Origin: the human T2T-CHM13v2.0 reference genome, Homo sapiens
NCBI RefSeq assembly: GCF_009914755.1
Contig: NC_060930.1
Length of the DNA stretch: 64,000 nucleotides
Strand: one strand, 5' to 3'
Part shown: positions 1 to 11,143 of the stretch, one piece after another
How the letters are laid out: each line of letters starts with the position of its first letter
Position numbering within the stretch: position 1 is the first letter of the stretch
Position numbers and translations under genes: made by a program
The notes under the pieces: model-generated
The model's database searches: none
What the model was told of the DNA's origin: nothing
What the model saw: only the letters and a program-made list of their open reading frames with translations

Positions 1-428
1 TTTTTTTTCAAAATATCCAATCTCTTGTCTCTTTAGAAAAATAATGTTTTTTTAATCAGTAGTACATTCATATGGTTCAAAATACAAAAAGCATAAAATT
101 GCAGTATCTTTCCTACTGTGTCCCACGTCACATAGCAATAAAAGGAGCTAGTCTTGTAGCATATTCTCTTCCCCATTCCCAGTTTTTCTAAATACAATAT
201 GGGTTTAACATACAGTTAATTGTGTTTTTTATATACATTCTATCTTATAATTATTTTTCTATATTTAGATGAATAAGAAAATACATATTAAACAATTATT
301 GAGAAAATGATATTTTATCTGCCAATACTTTTAAACCACCATTACTCATGAGCTCTTAATTTTACTCTCAAATTAGTTAGAATAAATTTTCACATAGTTT
401 TTTTCCCCCAAGAAGTTAACATAGAAGG

Positions 429-1188
429 AGTGATGGTTAATACTGAGTGTCAACTTGATCGGATTGAAGGATACAAACTATTGATCCTGGGTGTATCTGT
501 GAGGGTGTTGTCAAAGGAGATTAACATTTGAGTCAGTGGGCTGGGAAAGGCAGACTCATCCTTAATTGGGTGGGTACCATCTAATCAGCTGCCAGCAAAT
601 ATAAAGCAGGAAAAAACATGAAAAGGAGAGACTGGCCTAGCCTCCCAGCCCACAGGTTTCTCCCATGCTGGACGCTTTCTGCCCTTGAACATCGGACTCC
701 CGATCTTCTTCTTCTTCTTCTTCTTTTTTTTTTGTTGTTGTTGTTTTCTGAGATGGAGTCTCGCTCTGTCACCCAGGCTGGAGTGCAATGGCGCGATCTT
801 GGCACACTCCAACCTCTACCTCCCAGGTTCAAGCAATTCTCCTGACTCAGCCTCATGAGTAGGTGGGACTACAGGCCCCTGCCACAATGCCTGGCTAACT
901 TTTGTATTTTTAATAGAGATGGAGTTTCACCATGTTGGCCACACTGGTCTTGAACTCCTGATCTTGTGATCCGCCTGCCTTGGCCTCCCAAAGTGCTGGG
1001 ATTACAGGTATGAGCCACCGTGCCTGGCCCAGTTCTTCAGTTTTGAGACTTGGACTGGCTCTCCTTGCTCCTCAAGCTTGCAGACAGCCTATTGTGGGAC
1101 CTTGTGATCATGTAAGTCAATACTCAATAAATTCCTCTTTATATATATCTTATTAGTTCTGTCCCTCTGGAGAACCCTGACTAATACA
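429..1188 (+). mobile_element. 5' LTR, MLT2A1-type, interrupted by an Alu
   Basis: Matches the 3' LTR (20 mismatches in 180 bp counted by eye); TATA-like AATATAAA ~598; AATAAA 1126-1131; ends ...CCCTGACTAATACA. Confidence 0.93.
704..1029 (-). mobile_element. Alu (AluS, Sg/Sc-like) inserted in the 5' LTR, with a (CTT)n/(GTT)n tail
   Basis: Reverse-complement Alu body GAGATGGAGTCTCGCTCTG...GAGCCACCGTGCCTGGCC; absent at the equivalent site of the 3' LTR (~7410). Confidence 0.95.
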
Positions 1189-1193
1189 GATTT

Positions 1194-1211
1194 TGCTACC
1201 AGGAGTGGTTC
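1194..1211 (+). promoter_or_regulatory. Primer binding site, tRNA-Leu
   Basis: TGCTACCAGGAGTGGTT directly after the 5' LTR, near-complementary to the tRNA-Leu(TAA) 3' end ...CCACTCCTGGTACCA. Confidence 0.85.
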
Positions 1212-1253
1212 TAGAGGAACAAAATATTAAGGATGGACTTCTTTTGTTGGTTT

Positions 1254-3050
1254 TGGGATTTCTGGAGTTGGCTACTTAATATGATTAGACTCCAAATTCT
1301 TAGGACTATACGTCTAATAGTATGGAGAACACTGATAGTCCTTGCTGTGAACAAGGAACTGATAGGCCTTGTTTAGAGAGTTACGTAAAATAAATGCATT
1401 TGACACTGCTGGTTCATTGCTCATGAGGGGCAAGGAGTTTAGTGATTTTATACATAATATCTTTGACCATATGAGGAGAACCAAGGACATAATGAAGCTG
1501 GTTGGTTGCTCCTAAGTTCAATGGACGAAGTGATGAAAGAAAGTGATGAACTCAGGGATTCTGTCTCCCAGCTTCAGAAGCAGATACTGAACATCAAATC
1601 TGCTAAGATTGCCCTGAGTGAGAGTCTTATCTCCCATGGAGAAAGAGCTGAAATTGTGAAAAAACAGACACAAGCTCTTATCATGTGAGTGGCTGACCTG
1701 CAACTAAAGGTGCTTGCACAGCCTCACCAGGTGTCTACTGTTAAAGTGAGAGCACTGATTGGAAAATAATGGGACCCTGCAACTTGGAATGCGGATGTGT
1801 GGGAGGACCCTGTTGAAGCTGGGGACACTGAGTTTGTAAACTCTAATGAACCTTTTTTGCCAGAAGAAACAGCTTCCCCATTCCCAGTAGTGGCAACATC
1901 CCCTCCCCAGCCCATGATTCCATCAGCCTTTCCACCTTTGTCTGAGGAGATAAACCCTGCACTGCCTGAGGCAACAGTGATGGCCTCTCCTGAGGCCGTT
2001 GCCAGGCAAAATAATGTTGATTCTCCTCAGGAGCCACCCTCTACACCTCTATTTGCTTCTAGACCTATAATTAGACTAAAGTCCTGGTGGGACTCTAGAA
2101 GTGAGGTTGATAGTGTGACCCATGAGGAGGTGCACAACACTGGAAAAGAACTGAGTTTTCGAATTTATATAAACAGGAATCTGGACAACAGGCATGGGAA
2201 TGGATATTAAGGGTATGGGATAATGGTGGAAGCAACATAGAGTTGGATCAGGCTGAATTTATTGATTGGGGCCCACTAAGTAGGGAATCTGCATTTAATG
2301 TTGCAGCTTGGGGAGTTAAAAAAGTTCTAATAGTTTATTTGCTTGGTTAGCTGAAATGCGGATTAAAAGATGGCCCACTGTGAGTGAGCTAGAAATGCCT
2401 GATCTCCCTTGGTTTAATGTAGAGGAAGGGATCCAAAGGTTTAAGGGGATTGGGATGGTGGAGTGGATTAGTCACTTTAGACAGACTCATCCCAGCTGGA
2501 AGGGACCAATGCCTTGTGCAATAGATTTGTGAGAGCAGCACCTGCACCTTTGAAAAGCCCTGTAATTGCTTTTCTCTAGATGTCAGATCTAATGGTGGGA
2601 ACTGCAGTCACTTAAATACAAAATTTAAATCCATGCCTATATTTGTTGCAGCACTATTTACAATAGCAAGGTATGAAATCAACCTAAGTGCCCATCAATG
2701 GTAGACTGGATAAAGAAAATGTAGTACATATATATCTTGGAATACTCTACAGGTATAAAAAGAATGAGATCATGTTCTTTGCAGGAATATAGATGGGGCT
2801 GGATGCCTTTATCCTTAGCCAACCGATGCCTTGCAAAATAGATTTGTGAGGGCAGCACCTGCACCTTTGAAGAGCCCTGTAATTGCTCTTCTCTGGATGT
2901 CAGATCTAATGGTGGGAACTGTAGTCACTCAACTACAAAATTTAAATGCAATGGGAATAATTGAATCCTGATGTGGCAGGGGCCAAGTGGTGGCACTCAA
3001 CCATCAAAGGCAATGTGGGCATAGCTACTGTGATTGACAGCAGAGGTAAA
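1254..3050 (+). pseudogene. gag: HERV-L gag remnant (approximate ends; stops and frameshifts)
   Basis: Fragment ORFs 1506-1688 (coiled-coil-like) and 1797-2210 (WEDP...Pro-rich) typical of ERVL Gag; lies between the PBS and pol. Confidence 0.75.
2631..2821 (+). mobile_element. L1 ORF2 C-terminal fragment (~190 bp, no poly(A)) inside HERV-L gag
   Basis: GCAGCACTATTTACAATAGCAAG...AATCAACCTAAGTGCCCATCAATGGTAGACTGGATAAAGAAAATG...ATCCTTAGC closely parallels the L1 in this window at ~17145-17335. Confidence 0.92.
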
Positions 3051-3399
3051 GTGGCAATCAGAATAGTAGGACTTGTGTAGAGCTCTGGCAGGCTAATTAA
3101 TCATGGTGTTCCTAGAAGTGAAATTGATAGGAAGCCTATTGCATTCGTACTTAATTTATAGAAGCAGAAAACTTCTAGGTTGAATGGACAAAAGACTAAT
3201 TTGAATTATAAAAACAGAGAATCACAGCCCCTCAATCAATTTCCAGACTTGAGACAGTTTACAGACCCAGAACCCCTTGAATGAATGGGAGGAGGGGTCC
3301 ACTAAAGGACCCCACTACATTACCGACAATTTATGCAGTGAATCTTTCTCCCATCCCCCCCCAAGGAGACCTCCAGCCTTTTACAAGGGTAACTGTGCA

Positions 3400-6290
3400 T
3401 TGGGTAAAGGGAAATGATTAGACATTTCAGGGACCACTGGACATGCTCTGAGCTGACATTGATTCCAGGGGACCCAAAACCTCATTGTGGTCCTCCAGTT
3501 AAAGTAGAGGCTTATGGAGGTCAGGTAATTAATGGGGTTTTAGCTCAGCTCTGACTTACAGTGGGTCCAGTGGGTTCCTGGACTCATCCTGTGGTCGTTT
3601 CCCCAGTGTCAGAATGCATAAATGGCATAGACATACTTAACAGCTGGCAGAACCTCCACATTGGCTCCCTGACTGGCAGAGTGAGGGTTATTATGGTGGG
3701 AAAGGCTAAATAGAAGCCATTAGAGTTGCCTCTACCTAGAAAAAATAGTAAATCAAAAACAATATCACATCCCTGGAGGGATTGCAGAGATTAGTGCCAC
3801 CATCAAGGACTTGAAAGATGCAGGGGTGGTGATTCCCACCACATCCCTGTTCTACTCTCCCATTTGGCCTGTGCAGAAGACAGATGGATTTTGGAGAATG
3901 ACAGTGGATTATCATAAGCTTAACTAAGTGGTGACTCCAATTGCAGCTGCTGTACCAGATGTGGTTTCATTGCTTGAGCAAATTAACATATCCCCTGTTA
4001 CCTGGTATGCAGCCATTGACTTGGCAAATGCCTTTTTCTCCACTCCTGTCCATTAGGCCCACCAGAAGCAATTTGCCTTTAGCTGGCAAGGCCAGCAATA
4101 TACTGTTACTGTCCTACCTCAAGGGTATATCAACTCTCTGACTTTGTGTCATAATCTTATTTGGAGAGACCTTGGTCGCTTTTCACTTCTGCAAGATATC
4201 ACACTGGTCCATTACATTGATGACATTGTGCTGATTGGATCCAGTGAGCAAGAAGTAGCAAACACACTGGACTTATTGGTGAGACATTTGCATGCCAGAG
4301 GATGGGAAATAAATCCAACTAAAATTCAGGGACCTTCTACCTCAGTAAAATTTCTAGGGGGTCCAGTGGTGTGGGGTTTGTCAAGATATTCCTTCTAAGG
4401 TGAAGCATAAGTTACTGCATTAGGCCCCTCTTACAACCAAGAGAGAGGCACAATGCCTAGTGGGCCTATTTGGATTTGGGAGGCAACACATTTCTCATTT
4501 GAGTGTGTTACTCTGGCCCATTTATTGAGTGACCTGAAAGGCTGCCAGTTTTGAGTGGGGTCCAGAACTGGAGGAGGCTCTGAAACAGGTCCAGGCTGCT
4601 GTGAAAGCTTCTCTGCCACTTGGGCCATATGATCCAGTGGATCGAATGATGTTTGAGGTGTCAGTGGCAGATAGGGATGCTGTTTGGGGCCTTTGGCAGG
4701 CCCCCATAGGTCACAGAGGAGACCTCTAGGATTGTGGACCTAGACCCTGCCATTATCTGCAGATAACTACTCTCCTTTTGAGAGACAGCTCCTGGCCTGT
4801 TACTGAGCTTTGGTAGAAACTAGAAACTGAACATTTGACTATGGGTCATCAAGTCTCCATGTGACCTGAACTGCCTATCATGAACTGGGTGCTTTCTGAC
4901 CCTTCTAGCCATAAAGTGGGGTATGCACAGCAGGATTTCATTATCAAATGCAAGTAGTATATACGTGGCTGGGGTCAAGCAGCTCCTGAAGGCACAAGTA
5001 AGTTACATGAGGAAGTGGCTCAAATGCCCATGATCTCTTCTCCTGCCACCCTGCCTTCTCTCTCTCAGCCTGCACCAGTGACCTCATGGGGAGTTCCCTA
5101 AAAGTTGACAGAGGAATAGAATACTAGGTCCTGGTTCACAGATGATTCTGCACGATATGCAGGCACCAGCTGAAAGTGGACAGCTGCAGCACTACAGCCC
5201 CTTTTTAGGACATCCCTGAAGGACAGCAGTGAAGAGAAATCTTCCCAGTGGGCAGAACTTCGAGCAGTGAACCCAGTGGTAGACTTTGCATGGAAGGAGA
5301 AATGGCCAGATGTGTGATTATATACTGATTCATGGGCTGTAGCCAATGGTTTCACTGGCTGGTCAGGGACTTGGAAGAAGCATGATTGGAAAATTGGTGA
5401 CAAAGAAATTTGGGGAAGAGATATGTGGATGGAAACCTCTGTGAGTGGCCAAAAACTGTGAAGATATTTGTATCCCATGTGAGTGCTCACCAATGAGTGA
5501 CCTCAGCAGAGGAAGATTTTAATAATCAAGTAGATAGGATGACCCATTCTGTGGACACCACTCCAGCTCTTTCCCCAGCCACCCCTGTTATCACCTAATG
5601 GGCCCACGAACAAAATGCCCATGGTGGCAGGGATGGAGGTTACACATGGGCTCAGCAACATTTACTTCCACTCACCAAGGCTGACCTGGCTATGGCCACT
5701 GCTGAGTGCCCAATTTGCCAGCAGCAGAGACCAACACTGAGCCCTTGATATGGCACCATTCCTCAGGGTGATCAGTCAGCTACCTGGTGGCAAGTTGATT
5801 GTTTTGGACCTTGTCCGTAATGGAAAGGGCAGAGGTTTGTCCTCCCTGGAATAGACACTTACCTCAGATATGGGTTTGCCTATTCTGCATACAGTGCTTC
5901 TGCCAAGACTACCATCTATGGACTCATGAAATGCTTTATCCACCATCATGGTGTTCCATACAGCATTGCCTTTGACCAAGGCACTCACTTTATGGCTAAA
6001 GAAGTGCAGCAGTGGGCTTATGCTTATGAAATTCACTGGTTTTACCATGTCCCCATTATCCTAAAGTAGCTGGATTTATAGAATGGTGGAATGGCCTTTT
6101 GAAGTCACAGTTACAATGCCAACTAGGTGACAATACTATGCAGGGCTGGAGCAGAGTTCTCCAGAAGGTCGTGTATGCTCTGAATCAGCAACCAATATAT
6201 AGTACTGTTTCTCCTATAACCAGGATTTACGGGTCCAGGAATCAAGAGGTGGAAGTAGCACCACTCACCATCACCCCTAGTGATCCAGTA
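3400..6290 (+). pseudogene. pol: HERV-L pol remnant (protease, RT, RNase H, integrase)
   Basis: LD protease site ~3437; VLPQGYINS ~4111; LVHYIDD ~4204-4224; RNase H FTD ~5135 and YTDSWAVANG ~5322; integrase WAHEQNAHGG...ECPICQQ 5599-5724, WQVD 5788, DQGTHF 5974; many stops. Confidence 0.92.
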
Positions 6291-6319
6291 GCAAAATTTT
6301 TGCTTCCTGTTCCCGTGAC

Positions 6320-6600
6320 ATTGTGTTCTGCTGGCCTAGAGGTCTTAGTTCCAGAGGGAGGAATGCTACCACCAGGAGACACAACAATCCCATTAAAATG
6401 GAAGTTAAGTTTGCAACCTGGACACTTTGGGGTCCTCTTACTTTTAAGTCAACAGACTAACAAAGGAGTTACAGTGTTGGCTGGGGTGATTGACCCAGAC
6501 TAACAAGATGAAATCAGTCTATTACTCCACAACAGAGGTAAGGAAGAGTATGCGTGGAATACAGGAGATCCATTAGGGCATCTCTTACTATTACCATGCC
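6320..6600 (+). pseudogene. HERV-L dUTPase remnant
   Basis: SAGLEVL...GVTVLAGVIDPD* in ORF 6099-6503; dUTPase placed after integrase is diagnostic of ERVL. Confidence 0.88.
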
Positions 6601-7124
6601 CTGTGATTAAGGTCAATGGGAAGCTACAACAGCCCAATCCAGGCAGGACTACAAATGGCCCAGATCCTTTAGGAATGAAGGTTTGGGTCACTCCGCCAGG
6701 AAAAAAAACTCGACCTACTGAGGTGCTTGCTGAAGGCAAAGGGAATACAGAATGGGTAGTAGAAAAAGGTAGTCATCAATACCAGCTATGACCATGTGAC
6801 CAGTTGCAGAAACAGGAACTGTAGTTGTCATGAGTATTTCCTCCTTCTTTTGTTAAAAACATGTTTGTGCATGTATACACTTGTGCTAAGAAAATATCTT
6901 CATTTTACTTCCTTTTTCCTTTATCATGTGACATAAGATTTATTTACTTCATTTCAGCATTTGAGTATTAACTTTATGTAATAGCATTTGGGTTGGGGAT
7001 TGGTGCGTTTCCGGTTGTACGGAGGATAGTGGTATTATGTTAGGCACAATTATGACCTTACTATTGTCTTTCTTTATTTGAAGATTATGTTATGATCTCA
7101 GGAGATGTGTATAGGTTCAAGTTG

Positions 7125-7138
7125 AAAAGGGGTGGACT
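7125..7138 (+). promoter_or_regulatory. Polypurine tract of HERV-L
   Basis: GAAAAGGGGTGGAC immediately before the 3' LTR. Confidence 0.8.
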
Positions 7139-7543
7139 TATGATGGTTAATACTAAGTGTCAATGTGATTGGATTAAAGGATACAAAGTATTAATCCTGG
7201 GTGTGTCTATGAGGGTGTTGCCAAAGGAGATTAACATTTGAGTCAGTGGACTGGGAAAGGTAGACCCACCCTTAATCGAGTGGGCGCCATCCAATCAGCT
7301 GGCAGCAAATATAAAGCAGGCAGAAAAACGTGAAAAGGAGAGAGTGGCCTAGCCTCCCAGCCCACAGATTTCTCCCATGCTGGATGCTTCCTGCCCTTGA
7401 ACATCGGACTCCAAGTTCTTCAATTCTGAGACTCAGACTGACTTCTTGCTCAAGTTTGCCAACAGCCAAGCAGCCTCAAGCTTGCAGGCAGCATTCCTCC
7501 CTCTGGAACCTTGTGATTGTGTAAGTTAATACTTAATAAATGC

Positions 7544-7582
<39 letters not shown>

Positions 7583-7619
7583 TCCTATTAGTTCTGTTCC
7601 TCTAGAGAACCCTAATACA
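7139..7619 (+). mobile_element. 3' LTR, MLT2A1-type
   Basis: TATGATGGTTAATAC...AACCCTAATACA; AATAAA 7535-7540; contains a (TA)n(TG)n microsatellite. Confidence 0.93.
7544..7581. repeat. (TA)n(TG)15 microsatellite in the 3' LTR
   Basis: Read directly; the 5' LTR has only a short TA run at the equivalent position (~1140). Confidence 0.95.
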
Positions 7620-7624
7620 GATGG

Positions 7625-8083
7625 TGTAGTGGGTTGAATGGTGTCTCCAAAGATATGCCCACATCATAATCCCCAGAACCTGTCACTCTCACCTTATATG
7701 GCAAAAGATGTGATTCAGTTGAGGATCTTGAGAGGTGAAGCAAATACTGGATTTTCGAGACAAACCCTAAATGCAGTCATGCAAGAGAGAGGCAGAGGGA
7801 ATTTGGGCACAGCCATGAAGAGAAGCTGGTGATGGGAAGAGAGCATCAGAGATTGGAGTGATGCAACTATAAACCAAGGAGCACCGAGGATTGCCAATAG
7901 TCACCAGAAACTAGGAAGAGGCAACGAGTAGGTTATTCCCTAGAGCCTCTAGAGGAAATGCAGCCAAGCTGACACCTTAATTTTGGACTTATGGTCCCTT
8001 TAACTATAAGAGAACAAATTTCTGTTGTTGTAAGCCTCCAAAGTTATGGTAATTTGTTACAGCATTCCTAGATACCTAGTACA
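7625..8083 (+). mobile_element. MaLR solo LTR, MLT1C/D-like
   Basis: TGTAGTGGGTTGAATGG...CAGAGATTGGAGTGATGC...TTTCTGTTG...CCTAGTACA; flanked by GATGG / GGTGG. Confidence 0.88.
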
Positions 8084-8307
8084 GGTGGTGCTTAATGAAC
8101 CTGGCAGGAAAGAATAAGAATGCTTTTCTCTGCCTTAATATACAAACTACAAATTGGCAAGGCATAAAATTTTGGGTTTACCATTTTATTCCTTAAATAT
8201 TCTCTGCACATTGCTGTATTGATTATTACTTGCAACTGTTCTCTTTTTAAGGGAACATACATTTTCTTCCTGATAGCAGGATCCTTTTTTTTCTTTGTCC
8301 TTTTTAA

Positions 8308-8676
<369 letters not shown>

Positions 8677-9666
8677 AAGCATTTTTAAATAACATACAGA
8701 GATTGTTTTCTTCAGCTCAGAATATTTTGTTCTATTAGGGCTGTATTTTTTTTTTATTTATTTTGAACTTTCCTTTATTAACACCGCATGTAGATATGGT
8801 CCTCTTCTCTGACATCAATTTTTATTATTTTTTCTCTTATTATTTTCATCCCATTGTCCCTTTCCTAGTTTATTATGGTTTAAATTTGTCCTCAATAATA
8901 TTGTTTCTATTTTCTGCAAGAGTTTGTATGCTCCTTATTGTTCTTAATGTTTATTTTTATTTTTCTATTATGTTGTTAGCTGTTTCAGTCCATTTTAATT
9001 TCATGTTGCCTTTTATAAATTGATTTTCTTGTAATTTTTTTGATGCTATAGCAAATCATTTTCAGAGATATACTTTTTCTGTCACCAAAACTGTATTTTC
9101 TTATATAATTACATTTTTAAATTAAATTATATTTAATAGTCTAGTTAAAGTGACAGCCTATAACAAAGAATAGGAGTCCTCTGCTTCATCATAGCTTAAC
9201 CTGGGTCATTCTAATTCCCACTCTCCAAAGGCAAACCTTTTTAACTTTTTTTTTTTTTTTTTTTGGCTAATTACCTACTTAGTCTAAATAACATACTTAT
9301 GCCGGCTTAAATAACATGCAATTTCTTGATTTTATAATTTTGATTTATTATTATGCTTTGGAATATGAAGATTTTCTCTCTAATATTGACTCTCTAATAC
9401 ATGTCTCCCCCAATACCCTGAAAGAGTTTTTTCATAATTTTTTCATCAATCGGTATTTAATATTTACATTATTATAACTAGCTAGAGTTCCCTCATGAGC
9501 TATGTAGTCTTTCAGAAACAGAACTCTTTTGCTTTCTCTGTAGCCATGAATTGCCTATTTATTATTTGATTTATTTTGATATAACTATCACTAATTCATA
9601 CCCAAATTCTCCCACGGAAGATTAATTCTCCTCAATATATTAGTTTCACTTTTCTTTGGTGACCTC

Positions 9667-10030
9667 TACTATGATATGAATGTGTCCCTCCAAAATTCAT
9701 ATCTTTAAATATAATCCTCACTGTGTTATTACAGTGTTAGGAAGTGGGGCCTTTAGGAGATGACTAGTTCAGGAGGGTAGAGGCCTGGGAATGATTAGCA
9801 CCCTTGTAAAAGAGGTCTGAGAGAGCATGTGTGCCCTTTCCACATGTGAGCATACAGCAAGAAGATACCATTTATGAAGCAGAGAGAGATGTTTCACCAG
9901 ACACTCAATCTGCTGGAGCCTTGATCTTGGACTGCTCAGCCTCCAGAACCATGAGCAACAAATCTTACAGTTGTTTATAAGTTATCCAGTCTAACTTATT
10001 TTGTTATAGCAGCCCAAATGGGCTATGACA
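9667..10030 (+). mobile_element. MaLR solo LTR, MLT1A/MST-C/D group
   Basis: TACTATG...TGTGTCCCTCCAAAATTCATAT...CACCAGACACTCAATCTGCTGG...TTGATCTTGGAC...GCAGCCCAAATGGGCTATGACA. Confidence 0.85.
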
Positions 10031-10199
10031 ACACCCCATCAGCAAGCCTTCAACCACATACTCTGATCAGGACTGATTCCTTATTGGACCTGCAGCACAG
10101 CTATCGTCTTGGATTTTGATTCACTAATATGCTTGACTTCCTTTTGTCAATATCCTGAGATTTCATTTATTTCCTACGTTGAACCACTTCTTTCCTGGA

Positions 10200-11143
10200 C
10201 CTCATGTATTCCTCTTTCTTGGTTTATTTGTTTTAGTAGAGCTTATTTTCCAGGCGCTTCCTGAGAAAAGGTGTAAGTGAAGTAAAATTTTGAAAACTTG
10301 AGTTTCTAAAACATATTTTTTAAAATTCCACCTTCACACATGTTTGTTCTTTGAAGGACATAGAATTATAGCTTACAATATTTTTCTTTTATAATTTGAC
10401 ATCCTTACTCCATTTACTTATAGAATCCAGTGTTATTTTTGAGAAATCCTCTATTCATTTACTTTGTCTGTAAATTGATTCTGTTCCTCCAAGTTGGGAA
10501 ACTTTTTAGAATATTTATCTCTAAGATTCTTGCATGTCACTAACAAGTAACTTGGAAAGTGTCTGTTCATTATCATCCTTATTTGTATTTCTAATTTTCT
10601 TATGTTTTCTCTACTGTTTCAATCTCTTTATTTGTTCTACTTTCTGGCAGATTTTCTCAAGTTTCTCTTTCATCATTTTGACTGAGTTTTAAATTTATTT
10701 TATCAAATCTTTAATATCCAAAAGCTTCTTTATATTCTGAATATATCTATTAAAATAGAGTTCTATTCTTGTTCTTTTGGATGCAATATTTATCTCACCA
10801 TTTTTGACAATCTGAGTTATTGTTTTTTTTTTGTTTGTTTCAAGTTTACTTCTGCTCCCTGTGCTGTCTCTGCATCTCCTGTGCTCCATTGTTTCTGTTT
10901 GTATGCTTTGGTCTCTTTTATGTTTAGGATTCTCATCAACCTCTCATGATCCTAGGCCACTTAAGACTGATTGGGAACTCTGTGTGTGGTGTGGGAGAGG
11001 TTTGTCAAGTAACAGCATTAACTAAAGTTTAATTGGACAGAAACCAAGCCATTTTTACTAGGAGGATTTCCAGCTGTCAGTAGCTACAGGTCTGCTTTTG
11101 GGCCAGTGTATTTCCTCAGTAAGGGAGTAGTCTAATCCCTGCC
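10200..11143 (-). mobile_element. Ancient L1 (L1ME-like) ORF1/5' region, degraded; probably continues after the THE1 and in 8090-9660
   Basis: T-rich strand bias and phrases typical of antisense old L1 (TAGAATTATAGCTTACAATATTTT, TTTTGAGAAATCCTCT). Confidence 0.45.

Larger units (their letters stand above)
429..7619 (+). mobile_element. HERV-L (ERVL) provirus, near full length, defective: MLT2A1 LTR - gag - pol - dUTPase - MLT2A1 LTR
   Basis: Two homologous LTRs (GTGATGGTTAATACTGAGTGTCAAC...CTAATACA); tRNA-Leu PBS; PPT; RT, RNase H, integrase and dUTPase motifs; no env; 5-bp TSD GAAGG (424-428) / GATGG (7620-7624). Confidence 0.97.

Noticed and set aside
581-856. ORFs with poly-Arg/Lys/Leu runs
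   Set aside because: Translations of an Alu and its microsatellite tail; the same applies at 8338-8678 and 52386-52708.
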